Below, piece after piece: positions 9,998 to 20,120 of a stretch of 64,000 bases of DNA. Position 1 is the first letter of the stretch, and each line of letters begins with the position of its first letter. The notes below the pieces were generated by a model. The model worked only from the letters and a program-made list of their open reading frames with translations. It was not told the origin of the DNA and did not search any database. Location: assembly GCA_963750165.1 (NCBI GenBank), contig CAVVPN010000004.1:576001-640000 (forward strand), read 5' to 3'. The position numbers and the translations under genes were made by a program. Source of the DNA: an uncultured Gemmataceae bacterium. Its GTDB lineage: Bacteria; Planctomycetota; Planctomycetia; Gemmatales; Gemmataceae.

Positions 9998-10975
9998 TCA
10001 CAACTTCCCCGCCTGCCACGTCGCCAGCGCCGGGTACGCCTCGCGCTTGGCCGAGAATAACCCCCAGGCCCCCTCGATGGGCAGCTTCGACGCGGCGACC
10101 TTCCACGGCAAATCAAAAGCGTCGAAGGCCACGCCGTGGTAGACCCACGCCCCGCCCGCGTCCGCCGGCCGCGCCAGCAGTCCCGGCTTGAGGTACGCCG
10201 CCCAGAACGCCCGCTGCGTCGCCGGGGTGTACGGGGCCTTGCCGCCGTGTGGGAAGCCCGTCTCCTTGAGCAGCACCGGCCGCTTTGCCTGCTTCGCCAG
10301 CGCCGCCGCCTGCTCGCGCGCCCACGCCGCCGCCGCGGCCGCCTCCAGCTGCGGCCGGTCAAACACCGGATGGATATTCGGAGCCAAAAAGTCGCCGAAG
10401 TCGCGCACGAACGCCGAGCGGTAGCCGACCAGCGGCTCACTCGTCGAGAGCGGCACCGTCTTCGGCAACTGCGACCGCAGCCGGGCCGCCGCGAACTTCA
10501 CGTCGTCTGGCTCGTAGCGCTTGAAGGTGATGCCCTCGTTGCCGACCAGCACGCCCAGTGCGAAATCCTGGTGGTGCAGTCGCGCCAGCGCCGCCACGCC
10601 GTCCACCTCCGCCGCCGACTTCGGGTCCCAGATCGCCAGCAGGAGGGCCTTGAATTTCAGTTCCTTCGCGACCGCCACCAACCGCGGCGTACAGCCCTCG
10701 TGGTAGCCGTACAGCACCAGGCCGTCGAAGACCGGCCGCAGTTTTTCCAGGTCGGCGCGGATCGAACTGGTCGGCAGTTTGCGCTGGTTGGCCTCCTGAC
10801 GCGGGTCCAGCTGCGACGGCGTGTAGGTAATCATGCGCGGCGGCGGCGTGGTGGTCAGGTACTCGAAGAAGGGGAAGCGCCGGTCCACGCCGCCGCCCTC
10901 CTGCGCCGGCAGCGCCGCGGCGACGGGGACGAGGACGATCAGCAGCAACACGGATCGGCAAAGTGGTGTTCGCAT
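9998..10975 (-). CDS. Secreted GH17-like glycoside hydrolase (beta-1,3-glucanase-like)
   Basis: Signal peptide; SIRADLEKL, LVGNEG acid/base, NIHP, KETGFP nucleophile, FD.PWK, WGLF. Confidence 0.8.
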   Translation of the reverse strand: MRTPLCRSVLLLIVLVPVAAALPAQEGGGVDRRFPFFEYLTTTPPPRMITYTPSQLDPRQEANQRKLPTSSIRADLEKLRPVFDGLVLYGYHEGCTPRLVAVAKELKFKALLLAIWDPKSAAEVDGVAALARLHHQDFALGVLVGNEGITFKRYEPDDVKFAAARLRSQLPKTVPLSTSEPLVGYRSAFVRDFGDFLAPNIHPVFDRPQLEAAAAAAWAREQAAALAKQAKRPVLLKETGFPHGGKAPYTPATQRAFWAAYLKPGLLARPADAGGAWVYHGVAFDAFDLPWKVAASKLPIEGAWGLFSAKREAYPALATWQAGKL

Positions 10976-11113
10976 CGGCCCCTCGGGATGTTGTGGGCGT
11001 GGGGAGTATGTTATTCCGGGAGGGGCACGGCAGCAGGGCCGAGCAAACAAAACAACCGGGCCAGACTGGATTGCCTGGCCCGGTCGCTTCGGTCAGCTGC
11101 GTCGGGGACGCAA

Positions 11114-11584
11114 TCACGGCACGTCCGGGCGCGGGGTCGCGGCCGCGGGCGGTTGCAGCGGCGGCCAGCAAGCCTGCACGGTGGGCGCGCGGCGGCCGCC
11201 GAGCAGGTGCTGGATCGCCAGGGCCACGACGTTGGCCAGTTGTTGCTTCTTGCTGGGGATCGCGTTGGGGTTCACCTGAGAGTTGGTGCCCTCGAAGATT
11301 TTCAGGCGCTCGGCGTGGCGAATGATGGTCGGCACGGCGGGTTTGGCCAGGTCGCCCAGCTGCTGCAGGGCGAGCACGGTCACCGCGAAGGTTTCCGGCG
11401 CTTCCGTGCTGCCCAGAATTTCAACGAGTTCCTTGACAATCTCCCGATCCGCTTCCGCGGCGCCGGGGCTGACGGATGTGGCCGCGGTCTTGCTGGTCTG
11501 GGCGCCGGCGCTGCCGGGCTGGGCGGCCAGCAGCGCCGCCAGGGCCAGCACGACCCACTTCAGTTGGCTTCGGTTCATGAGCAT
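11114..11584 (-). CDS. Small exported HEAT-like hypothetical protein (paralogue of 11623-12246)
   Basis: Signal peptide; REIVKELVEILGSTE.P.TFA.TV.AL.QLG..AKPAVP.IIR.AERLKIF shared with its neighbour. Confidence 0.7.
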   Translation of the reverse strand: MLMNRSQLKWVVLALAALLAAQPGSAGAQTSKTAATSVSPGAAEADREIVKELVEILGSTEAPETFAVTVLALQQLGDLAKPAVPTIIRHAERLKIFEGTNSQVNPNAIPSKKQQLANVVALAIQHLLGGRRAPTVQACWPPLQPPAAATPRPDVP

Positions 11585-11622
11585 GGTCCTCCTTGACAGG
11601 GCGGGTGGGCAACCGGCGCGGC

Positions 11623-12246
11623 TCAATAATCATTCGGCAGCGGGGGCTGCGGCACCGGGGCAGGCAGGACGGACGGTGCGACCGGTACGGGCACCATCGG
11701 GCGTTGCTGGTACGCGGCAACCGGGGCGCAGGCCGGGGCTGTCTGGGGCCGGTTGCCGTTCAGCAGATGCACGATCGACTCGGCGACAGCGTTGGCCAGC
11801 TGTTGCTTCTTGCTGGGGACGGCGTTCGGGTGGACCATGGCGCTGGCGCCGCTGAAAATCTTCAGCCGCTCGGCGTTGCGGATGATGGCGGGCACAGCGG
11901 GTTTGGCCGGCTCGCCCAGCTGCTCCAGGGCCATCACCGTCAGCGCGAACGTGGTCGGCGACTCCGTGCTGCCGAGGATGTCCACCAGTTCCTTGACGAT
12001 CTCCCGATTGACTTCCGCGGGGCTCGGGCTGGCGGTGGCTGGGGTGTAGTACACGGACTGGCCGACGGTGGCGCCGGCGACAGCCCCCAGGACGCTGGAC
12101 ACGACGGCGGCCTCCGCGGCGGGTTCCTTCGCGGCCCGGCGTGACTTCTTCTTTTGCACGGCGTCACTGGTTGGTCCGGTCAGCAGCAGCACGGCCAGCG
12201 CCAGCACGGTCCACTTCGCTTTGACTCGTTTCATGGTCCGGGTCAT
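11623..12246 (-). CDS. Small exported HEAT-like hypothetical protein (paralogue of 11114-11584)
   Basis: Same ~80-aa core, signal peptide, Pro-rich tail. Confidence 0.7.
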   Translation of the reverse strand: MTRTMKRVKAKWTVLALAVLLLTGPTSDAVQKKKSRRAAKEPAAEAAVVSSVLGAVAGATVGQSVYYTPATASPSPAEVNREIVKELVDILGSTESPTTFALTVMALEQLGEPAKPAVPAIIRNAERLKIFSGASAMVHPNAVPSKKQQLANAVAESIVHLLNGNRPQTAPACAPVAAYQQRPMVPVPVAPSVLPAPVPQPPLPNDY

Positions 12247-12533
12247 CCTTGACGGGAAGGGCGGGCGACCAACGACGGGCCGGAATCTACCCCAAGCGGC
12301 GGGGCGTTACAAGATTGATCCCGGCGCGCGGCTTTGCTACGCAAAGCCAGTCTGTGAGATGAAGTGAGACGAAAGCCCTCCCTGGCACTATCTGAATTAT
12401 ACCGCCCAGCCCGCTTTCGGGGAACGGCTCTGGGCAAGTGGTTGGTCGGGCCTTGCCACCCTTACTATTTTCCCGTTATCTGCGAACAGGCGATACCGCC
12501 CGCCGACACTTACTTTCTGCGGAGGCTCCCTGC

Positions 12534-13529
12534 ATGACCGCCAAACCCAAGGTCTTTGTTACGCGCATCCTGCCCGCCGTCGGCCTGGACCGCATCCAGG
12601 CGGCCTGCGACGCCGACATCTGGCCCGAACCGCTGCCGCCGCCGGCCGACGTGCTCCGCCGCAAGGTCGCCGACTGCGACGGCCTCGTGGCGCTGCTGAC
12701 CGACCGCATCGACGGCTCGCTGCTGGACGCGGCGCCGCGACTCAAGGTCGTGAGCAACTACGCGGTCGGCTTCAACAACATCGACGTGGCGGCGGCGACG
12801 CAGCGCGGCGTCGCGGTCGGCAACACGCCCGGCGTGCTCACCGACGCCACCGCGGACATGGCCTTCTGTCTGCTCATCGGCGCCGCCCGCCGTCTGGTCG
12901 AGGGCCACCAGTACACGCTCTCGGGGCAATGGAAAACCTGGGAGCCGCTGGGCCATCTGGGTCAGGATCTGGCCGGGCGCACAGTCGGCGTCGTCGGCAT
13001 GGGCCGCATTGGTTTCGCCTTCGCGAAGCGCTGCCGGTTCGGCTGGGACATGCGCGTTCTCTACCACGACGTGCAGCCGAACGCCCACGCCGAGCAGGAA
13101 CTGGGGGCGCGCCTGGTGGACATGGACACGCTGCTGCGCGAATCGGACTTTGTGTCACTGCACGCAAACCTGAACGAGAAGACGCGCGGCCTGCTGGGCG
13201 CGGCGCAGTTTCAGAAGATGAAGCGGAGCGCCATCCTCATCAACACGGCGCGCGGCCCCCTGGTAGATCAGCGGGCGCTGGCGGAGGCGCTGCGGACGGG
13301 CACGATTTTCGCGGCGGGCCTGGACGTGACCGACCCGGAGCCGCCAGCGGCGGACGACCCACTGCTGCGGCTGCCGAACATCATCGTGGCGCCGCACATC
13401 GCCAGCGCCACGGTGCAGACGCGCGACGCCATGGCGGCGATCTGCGCGAACAACCTGATCGCGGGGGTGACGGGCCAGAAACTGCCGGCGTGGGTGAACC
13501 CCGAGGTGGAGGGGCGCCAGCGGAAATAA
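12534..13529 (+). CDS. D-glycerate dehydrogenase / glyoxylate reductase (D-2-hydroxyacid dehydrogenase family)
   Basis: AVGFNNID, NTPGVLTDATAD, GMGRIG, INTARG, LDVTDPEP, PHIASA. Confidence 0.92.
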   Translation: MTAKPKVFVTRILPAVGLDRIQAACDADIWPEPLPPPADVLRRKVADCDGLVALLTDRIDGSLLDAAPRLKVVSNYAVGFNNIDVAAATQRGVAVGNTPGVLTDATADMAFCLLIGAARRLVEGHQYTLSGQWKTWEPLGHLGQDLAGRTVGVVGMGRIGFAFAKRCRFGWDMRVLYHDVQPNAHAEQELGARLVDMDTLLRESDFVSLHANLNEKTRGLLGAAQFQKMKRSAILINTARGPLVDQRALAEALRTGTIFAAGLDVTDPEPPAADDPLLRLPNIIVAPHIASATVQTRDAMAAICANNLIAGVTGQKLPAWVNPEVEGRQRK

Positions 13530-13602
13530 AAGACGAATCACGAAAACACGAAAAAGACCATAAATGAATTGGTCTTTTTCGTGTTTTCGTGATTCGTCTT
13601 TT
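13528..13602. terminator. Long inverted repeat between convergent genes (bidirectional terminator or REP-like)
   Basis: AAAAGACGAATCACGAAAACACGAAAAAGACCA - 9 nt loop - exact reverse complement. Confidence 0.75.
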
Positions 13603-13603
13603 T

Positions 13604-15112
13604 TCACTTCGCGACTGCGCTGGCGCGGCCGTTGTGGCCGGCGTTGCAGCCCCACATCGCCCAACCGTCGTCGCGGTCGTCGCCGGTCGGGAAGCAGTAC
13701 AGGCCGCCCGTGTTCGTCGAGACGTAGACGTGGCCGCGCGCCACCGCCGGCTGGAACAGGATCGGCTCGCCGACCGTCACCGTCCACAGCACCGCGCCCG
13801 TCGCCGCCGACAGACAGACCACCACGCCGCGGCTGGTGCCCACGAACATCTTGCCGTTGACAATGGCCGGCGGCGTTACGGCGCTATCGACCAGCGGCCC
13901 CTTGTCCTTCGCGGCGAGCGTCAGCTGCTTCTTCCACAGCACCTTCTCCGTCTTCGGATCGACGCACTTGACCGTGTCGCCCATGGCGCTGTACAGGCGG
14001 TCGTTATAGATGAACGGTCGCGATCCCTGGTACGACCAGACGCCATTGACTGTGCTCTGGCCGAGGTTGCCCATCGCCTGGTGCAACTTGCCGTCCGTCG
14101 GCGCCGCCCCGAAACCGACGCCCTTGTCGTTGGCCTTGTACATCGCCTCCTGCTTCGAGTACAGGGCGCGCTTGCCGTGGTCGAGGTAGTCGGCGGGGCG
14201 GCGGGTGTCGGCCACGTCCTTGCCCTTTTCCCCCTTGCCGGTGCCGCGGTACGACAGCATCTCGACCTGCTGCTTGACCTCCTTGCCGTTTTTATCCTTC
14301 GTGGTGACCGCCTCGCGGCGGCTGAAGTAGACCTGGTTGCCACACACCGCCGGCGACGATGTGGCGTTTTTCTTCTCCTGCCAGCTCAGTTCGCCGTCGC
14401 CACTGCCGAAGCAGTACATCGTCCCTTCCAGCGTGGACAGGTAGAGCTTCTCGCCGCTGATGACCGGCGCGGTGATGATCTCGCCGGCGATGGGCCGCTT
14501 CCACAGTTCGTTGCCGTTCTTGATGTCGAAGCAGGCGAGGTAGTGCTTGCGGTCGCCCTTGCTGTTGGGGTAGCACATGAAAACCCGGCCGCGGTCGATG
14601 GCCGGCATGCTCATGAGCGGGTCGCCCAGCCATTTCTTCCAGATGCGCTTGCCGTCCACGGTCAGGATTTCCAGTTCGCAGCTCTCGGTGTTGAAGGCGA
14701 CGTAACCGCCCTCGACGACCGCCGCGGTGGGGCCGTCGTCGCCGGTGCGGTAGACCCACAGCTTCTTGCCGGTTTTGGCGTCGAAGGCATAAAACTCATG
14801 GCTGCCGAAGCCGCCGCCGATGAAGACCTTGCCGTCCACGACGGCCGGCGTCGCCAGCGGGCGATTACCGGGAATGACCACTTTCCAGCCCTGCTTGCCT
14901 TCCTTGCTCTTGAACGCCACCGGCGGCCCAACCTCGGGCGCCTGGGCGCGGCCCTTCTGGTTGAGGGCGTTGTCCTTGCCGGCCTTTCCCTGGGGGTCGT
15001 AGAGTTGCCCCTTGGCGGGCTTCTGGCCCCCTTCGTTGAGCTGCTGCAGTGCGGCCGACGGCACGGCGGCGGTGAAGGCGAGAACGCCCAGGGCCAAGAG
15101 GGTGTGTTTCAT
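13604..15112 (-). CDS. Secreted PQQ-type (BamB-like) beta-propeller protein
   Basis: Signal peptide; repeated TPAVVDGKVF...FYAFDAKTGKKLW blades. Confidence 0.85.
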   Translation of the reverse strand: MKHTLLALGVLAFTAAVPSAALQQLNEGGQKPAKGQLYDPQGKAGKDNALNQKGRAQAPEVGPPVAFKSKEGKQGWKVVIPGNRPLATPAVVDGKVFIGGGFGSHEFYAFDAKTGKKLWVYRTGDDGPTAAVVEGGYVAFNTESCELEILTVDGKRIWKKWLGDPLMSMPAIDRGRVFMCYPNSKGDRKHYLACFDIKNGNELWKRPIAGEIITAPVISGEKLYLSTLEGTMYCFGSGDGELSWQEKKNATSSPAVCGNQVYFSRREAVTTKDKNGKEVKQQVEMLSYRGTGKGEKGKDVADTRRPADYLDHGKRALYSKQEAMYKANDKGVGFGAAPTDGKLHQAMGNLGQSTVNGVWSYQGSRPFIYNDRLYSAMGDTVKCVDPKTEKVLWKKQLTLAAKDKGPLVDSAVTPPAIVNGKMFVGTSRGVVVCLSAATGAVLWTVTVGEPILFQPAVARGHVYVSTNTGGLYCFPTGDDRDDGWAMWGCNAGHNGRASAVAK

Positions 15113-15239
15113 GTCTTGTCTCCTGGTTAAAACCGTACGTTGGCACCGCGATCTCAAGGGTACGTGGACATTCTACCCGGCGGCGGGGGCAAATGCTGTA
15201 ACAGGGTCGTAACTTCCAGGAAGCGCGGCCGCTGCCCAC

Positions 15240-16589
15240 TCACACCATCACCGGCACCGCGCTATCGGCCGGCGTCTGCAGCCCGTTGTGTGCCGGGCCG
15301 CCGCCCCACATCCGCCAGCCGTCGTCCGCCGGGTCGCCCGTTTCCAGGCAAAACAGGCTGCCGCGCTGCGTCGAAGCGTATACGCGGCCGTCCGCCACGG
15401 CCGGCTGGAAGATGACCGGCTCGCCCAGGTCCGCGCGCCAGAGCACGTCGCCGGAGTGGGCCGCCAGGCACAGCACCTGGCCGTAGGTGGTGCCCAGGAA
15501 GATTTTGCCGTTGACCAGCGCCGGCGGCGTCAGCACGCTGTCGAGCACGGCGTCCGTGTCCAGGCCGTCGGCCGGCAGCGGCCGCTTCCACAGCACCGCC
15601 TCGCTGACCGGTTCGAGGCACTGCAACACGGCACCCAGCGCGGCGTACAGCCGGCCGTGCGCCGCGAACGGCTTGGAGCCCTGGTACGCCCAGAGGCCGG
15701 CCACGGTGCCATGCCCCAGGTTACCGTGGGCCTGCTCCATCTTGGAGTCGCCCTTGGCGAACGTGAACCCCACCGCGCCGTCGTGCTGCTCGTACAGTGC
15801 TTCCATCTTGGAGTGCGTCTTGCGCACCTTGTAATCGAGCCAGTCCGCCCGCTCCGTGCTGGCGTTGTAATCCTGGCTGTCGGCCGCGGTGGCACCGCGC
15901 CGGGCCATTTTTTCGGTCTGATAAGCCATGCCTCTGGCCGCCTGGTTGAGCGTGACCTCCTCGCGGCGGCTGAAGTAGCACTCGTGGTTCCAGACCACCG
16001 GCGACGACGTGGCGTTCTTCGCCTCGCGCCACAGCGGCTGGCCGTCCGCCTGACGGAAGCAGTACAGGCTGCCTTCCAGGGTGGCCAGGTAGACGTTGTC
16101 GTCGGCCAGCACCGGGGCGGTAATGATCTCGCCGGCGAGCGGTTGCCGCCAGTGTTCGTGACCGGTCCGCAGGTCGAAGCAGGCGAGATAGTGCTGCCGA
16201 TCCCCCTGGCTGTTCGGGAACGCCTGGAAGACGCGGCCGCCGCCGAGCGCCGGCATGCTCATGAGCGGGTCGCCGAGCCACTTCTTCCAGACCGGCACGC
16301 CCGCGGTGGTGAGCACCTCCAGTTCGCAGCTCTCGGTGTTGAACGCGACCAGTTCGTCCAGCACGACCGCGGCGGTGGGGCCGTCGTCCTTGGTGTGATA
16401 CCACCACGCCAGCCGGCCGGTGTCGGCGTCGAGAGCGTAAAACTCGTGGCTGCCGAAGCCGCCGCCGAGGAAGATGCGACCGCCCACGACCGCCGGCGTC
16501 GCCAGCGGCCGGTGGCCGGGGATGCGGGTTTTCCAGCCGGAAATCCGGGCGTCCGCGCTGCGGTAAGGAACAGGCTCGGGGAATTGCAT
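15240..16589 (-). CDS. PQQ-type beta-propeller protein, paralogue without an obvious signal peptide
   Basis: Collinear with 13604-15112 (RPLATPAVV, DDGPTAAVV, WLGDPLMSMPA, W.YQGS.PF). Confidence 0.85.
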   Translation of the reverse strand: MQFPEPVPYRSADARISGWKTRIPGHRPLATPAVVGGRIFLGGGFGSHEFYALDADTGRLAWWYHTKDDGPTAAVVLDELVAFNTESCELEVLTTAGVPVWKKWLGDPLMSMPALGGGRVFQAFPNSQGDRQHYLACFDLRTGHEHWRQPLAGEIITAPVLADDNVYLATLEGSLYCFRQADGQPLWREAKNATSSPVVWNHECYFSRREEVTLNQAARGMAYQTEKMARRGATAADSQDYNASTERADWLDYKVRKTHSKMEALYEQHDGAVGFTFAKGDSKMEQAHGNLGHGTVAGLWAYQGSKPFAAHGRLYAALGAVLQCLEPVSEAVLWKRPLPADGLDTDAVLDSVLTPPALVNGKIFLGTTYGQVLCLAAHSGDVLWRADLGEPVIFQPAVADGRVYASTQRGSLFCLETGDPADDGWRMWGGGPAHNGLQTPADSAVPVMV

Positions 16590-16740
16590 GGCGACCTCTC
16601 TAAAAAATGAGGGGGGAAGGGATGCATTCTGCGTTGCCGAGAACGGGGGCGCGAGACGAGCGCTCTGGCTCATTATTCGGGATCGGGAAAAGTGGACGAG
16701 CGTGCGCCTCACGGGTCGTGATCCTCAAGGGAGATGACCA

Positions 16741-17478
16741 ATGTCCGAGCGTTATTATATGGAAACGCCGCTGGGCCTGGGGCCACTGACGCTGGACGGG
16801 CCGGAGGCGCACCACCTGGCGACGGTGTGTCGGCTACGGCCCGGCGACGCGGTGTGCCTGTTCAACGGCGACGGCCACGAATACGAGGCCCGCGTCGTCG
16901 CCGCGGCAAAGCGTCAGGTGGAACTGGAGGTGACCGCCCGGCACCGCCCCGAGCGTGAGCTGCCGTTCGTGCTGCGCGTGGCGGCGCCGGTGCCGAAGGG
17001 CGATCGCGCTCAATTTTTGCTGGAAAAGTTGACCGAACTGGGCGTCACAGAGTTTGTGCCGTTGCGGACGCGGCGGAGCGTGGTGCATCCGCGCGAAACG
17101 AAGCTCGACAAGCTCGAACGTTATGTCATCGAGGCGAGCAAGCAGTGCGGTCGCAACGTGCTGATGCGGGTCGCGCCGCTGGTGGACTGGGCGGACTTCT
17201 GCCGCCGCAGTGACCTGGGCGCGTTGCGCATCGTCGCCCACCCTGGACTGTCGTCGTACGCGGGGCTTCCCTCGGAGTACAACGAAGTGATGGTGGCGGT
17301 CGGACCGGAGGGCGGCTTCACGGACGAGGAAATTGCTGACGCACGGACGGTGGGGTGGCGGGTTTTGGACCTGGGGCCGCGGCTGCTGCGCGTGGAGACC
17401 GCGGCGCTGGCGCTGGCGGCGTGGACGGTGGCGGCGCTGGCGCGACCGACGGCGGCGGAACTGCTGGGCTCAGCGTAG
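16741..17478 (+). CDS. rsmE: 16S rRNA m3U1498 methyltransferase
   Basis: [43 protein letters not shown]. Confidence 0.95.
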   Translation: MSERYYMETPLGLGPLTLDGPEAHHLATVCRLRPGDAVCLFNGDGHEYEARVVAAAKRQVELEVTARHRPERELPFVLRVAAPVPKGDRAQFLLEKLTELGVTEFVPLRTRRSVVHPRETKLDKLERYVIEASKQCGRNVLMRVAPLVDWADFCRRSDLGALRIVAHPGLSSYAGLPSEYNEVMVAVGPEGGFTDEEIADARTVGWRVLDLGPRLLRVETAALALAAWTVAALARPTAAELLGSA

Positions 17479-18449
17479 CCACTGCGCCACGTCGCGCGCG
17501 AAGTACGTCAGGATCATGTCGGCACCGGCCCGGCGGATGCTGGTGAGGATTTCCAGGGCGACGCGACGCTCGTCGATCCAGCCGCGCTGGGCAGCGGCCT
17601 TGACCATCGCGAACTCGCCGCTGACGTTGTACGCCGCCACCGGCACGCCAAAGCGCTCCTTCACGCGCCGGATAATATCCAGGTACGACAGCGCCGGCTT
17701 GACCATGAGGATGTCGGCGCCCTCCTCGATGTCCAGCGCCACCTCGCGCAGCGCCTCGTCGGTGTTACCGGGGTCCATCTGGTAGCCGCTGCGGTCGCCG
17801 AACTGCGGCGGGGACTCGGCCGCGTCGCGGAATGGGCCGTAGAAGCCCGAGGCGTACTTGGCCGCGTAGCTCATGACCGGCAGGTGACTGAAGCCGGCCT
17901 CGTCCAGGCCCTTGCGGATGGCGCCGACCATGCCGTCCATCATGCCGCTGGGCGCCACCACATCGGCACCAGCGCGGGCGTGGCTGACGCACTGTTGCGC
18001 CAGCAGCGGCAGCGTCGCATCGTTGTCCACGTCGATGCGGCCGCCGATCTCACGCAGCGGGCCGCAGTGGCCGTGGTCGGTGTACTCGCAGAAGCATTCG
18101 TCGGTGATGAGCAGCGCGTCCGGGAACGCCGGCCGCAGCGCCGCAGCGCCTGCTGCACAATGCCGTCGTCGTCGCAAGCGCTGGCGCCGACCGCGTCCTT
18201 GTGTGCCGGGATGCCGAACAGGATGAACGCCCGCACGCCCAGTTCGCTGGCGTCGCCGACCTCGTTCACCAGTGCATCGACGCTCAGCTGGTAATTGCCG
18301 GGCATCGACGCGATTTCCTTGCGGACGCCACGGCCCGGCCGCACGAACAGCGGCAGAATCAGGTCGCGGACGCTCAGCGTGGTTTCGCGCACCAGCTCGC
18401 GGAGGACAGGGTGTTGCCGCAGGCGGCGCGGGCGGGAGATGGGGAACAT
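17470..18449 (-). CDS. hemB: Porphobilinogen synthase, frameshift near 18141 (probably a sequencing error)
   Basis: [53 protein letters not shown]; one missing C in a C run. Confidence 0.95.
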
Positions 18450-18468
18450 GGGACCGGGCCTTTCTCTC

Positions 18469-18533
18469 TGATCGTGGTGCAGGCGGCCCGCCTGCATGCC
18501 GATTCCGCAGGCGGGCCGCCTGCACCACGATCA
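18469..18533. repeat. REP-like doublet
   Basis: TGATCGTGGTGCAGGCGGCCCGCCTGC...GCAGGCGGGCCGCCTGCACCACGATCA. Confidence 0.8.
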
Positions 18534-18534
18534 T

Positions 18535-19725
18535 TTACACTTTCTGCCCCAACGCCAGGTACGCCGCATTCGCCGCCGCCACGCCGGCGCCCGGCGTCAC
18601 GCCGACGCCCTGCGCCCGCAGGCACTGCTCCAGCGCCCCCAGACACAGCAGCACGCAGCTCGGCCGCGCGTTGTATCCCATCAAGCCAATCCGCCACGCC
18701 TTGCCACGGAACTCACCGAGACCACCGCCGACCTCGATGCCGAACTCACTCAGCAACTGCTTGCGCACCGTCAGGTCGTCCACGCCCGCCGGGATGCGCA
18801 CCGCGTTCAGCTGCGGCATCTGGCAGTGCTCCGCCGCCGTGTATTGCAGCCCCAGCGCTTGCAGGCCCGCCCGCAGCGCCAGGTGGTTGCGCCTGTGCCG
18901 CGCCCACCGCGCTTCGAGCCCCTCTTCGAGCACCAGCCGCAGCCCCTCGCGGATGGCGTAGTTCATCGTGATCGGCGCTGTGTGGTGGTAGTTGCGGTTC
19001 TCGCTCCAGTATTGCTGGATCGTGGACAGGTCCAGATACCAGCTCTGCACCTTCGTCTTGCGCTTGCCGACCGCCTCGACGGCGCGCGGGCTGAACGTCA
19101 CCGGCGACAGGCCGGGTGGGCAGCTCAGGCCCTTCTGCGAGCAGCTGTAGACGGCATCGAGCTGCCAGGCGTCCACGGCCAGCGGCACACAGCCGAGCGA
19201 CGTGACCGCATCGACGAGCAGCAGCGTGTCGAACTCGTGGCAGAGCGCCCCCAGCTGCTCCAGCGGTTGCAGCGCCCCGGTGGAGGTCTCGGCGTGGACG
19301 ATGCCGAGCACCTTCGGCCGCACTTTTTTCAGCGTGTCGCGGATGCGGTCCAGCTCGAACACCTGTCCCCAGGGCGCCTCCAGTACGGTCACCTCGGCGC
19401 CGGTGCGGCCGGCCACGTCGATCATGCGCTGGCCGAAAAAGCCCATCGCGCAAACGACCGCCCGGTCGCCGGGCTCCAGCAGGTTGACGAAGCAGGTCTC
19501 CATGCCGGCCATGCCGGTGGCGCTGACGGGGAAGGTCAGCGTGTTCCGCGTCTGGTACGCCTGCCGCAGCATTTCCTGGGTTTCGTTCATGATGGCCAGG
19601 AACTGCGGGTCGAGGTGGCCGAGCAGGGGTGTGGCCATCACCGTCAGCACGCGCGGGTGCGCGTCGCTGGGGCCGGGGCCGAGCAGCAGGCGGGGGGCGA
19701 CGTTCAGTTGGCCGGGAAGCGACAA
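18535..19725 (-). CDS. Alanine-glyoxylate/serine-pyruvate aminotransferase (class V PLP)
   Basis: LLGPGPS, GHLDP, HAETSTG, VDAVTS, SCSQKGL.CPPG, YHHTAP, RIGLMG. Confidence 0.93.
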   Translation of the reverse strand: MSLPGQLNVAPRLLLGPGPSDAHPRVLTVMATPLLGHLDPQFLAIMNETQEMLRQAYQTRNTLTFPVSATGMAGMETCFVNLLEPGDRAVVCAMGFFGQRMIDVAGRTGAEVTVLEAPWGQVFELDRIRDTLKKVRPKVLGIVHAETSTGALQPLEQLGALCHEFDTLLLVDAVTSLGCVPLAVDAWQLDAVYSCSQKGLSCPPGLSPVTFSPRAVEAVGKRKTKVQSWYLDLSTIQQYWSENRNYHHTAPITMNYAIREGLRLVLEEGLEARWARHRRNHLALRAGLQALGLQYTAAEHCQMPQLNAVRIPAGVDDLTVRKQLLSEFGIEVGGGLGEFRGKAWRIGLMGYNARPSCVLLCLGALEQCLRAQGVGVTPGAGVAAANAAYLALGQKV

Positions 19726-19742
19726 GGCAGGCTCCTTTCGTG

Positions 19743-19845
19743 TTAGTCATTAGTCATTAGTCATTAGTCATTAGTGATTCGGGTTCCAGTTCAGAACTAA
19801 ACTTATGCCCTGAACTGGGACCCGAATCACTAATGACTAATGACT
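19743..19845. repeat. Hairpin element with (TCATTAG)n heptamer arms
   Basis: TCATTAG x4 - GTGATTCGGG.TCCAGTTCAG...CTGAACTGGGACCCGAATCAC - TAATGAC x2; two more units at 20117-20132. Confidence 0.8.
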
Positions 19846-19868
19846 GGAGCGGTTCGCAGACGACTGTA

Positions 19869-20120
19869 GCGGTCGTGTCTTTCGCCCCGAAGGGGTGGGA
19901 CAACTTAGCCCAGGGCAACGCCCTGGGAACCAGGGAGGCGACTGTTACTTTCTTCCGTGCCCTGAAGGGGCACCACAACAACGCTTGGGGTGCCCCTTCA
20001 GGGCACGGAAGAGAGAAGCGGGTGGGGTCGCATCGGCGTCCCCAGGGCGTTGCCCTGGGCTAAGTTGTCCCGCCCCTTCGGGGCGAAGAACCCGCGACAC
20101 CCGAACGCAACGCGCGCTAA
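19869..20120. mobile_element. ~250-bp composite palindromic element (MITE/REPIN-like), copy 1
   Basis: 47-bp inverted arms 19881-19927 and 20041-20087, inner GCCCTGAAGGGGC hairpin; near-identical to 45742-45998. Confidence 0.8.

Noticed and set aside
12340..12470. Hammerhead ribozyme or riboswitch (CTGTGAGATGAAGTGAGACGAAA with nearby stems)
   Set aside because: The CUGANGA core is not intact and no consistent three-stem fold was found by eye; an Rfam/Infernal scan would settle it
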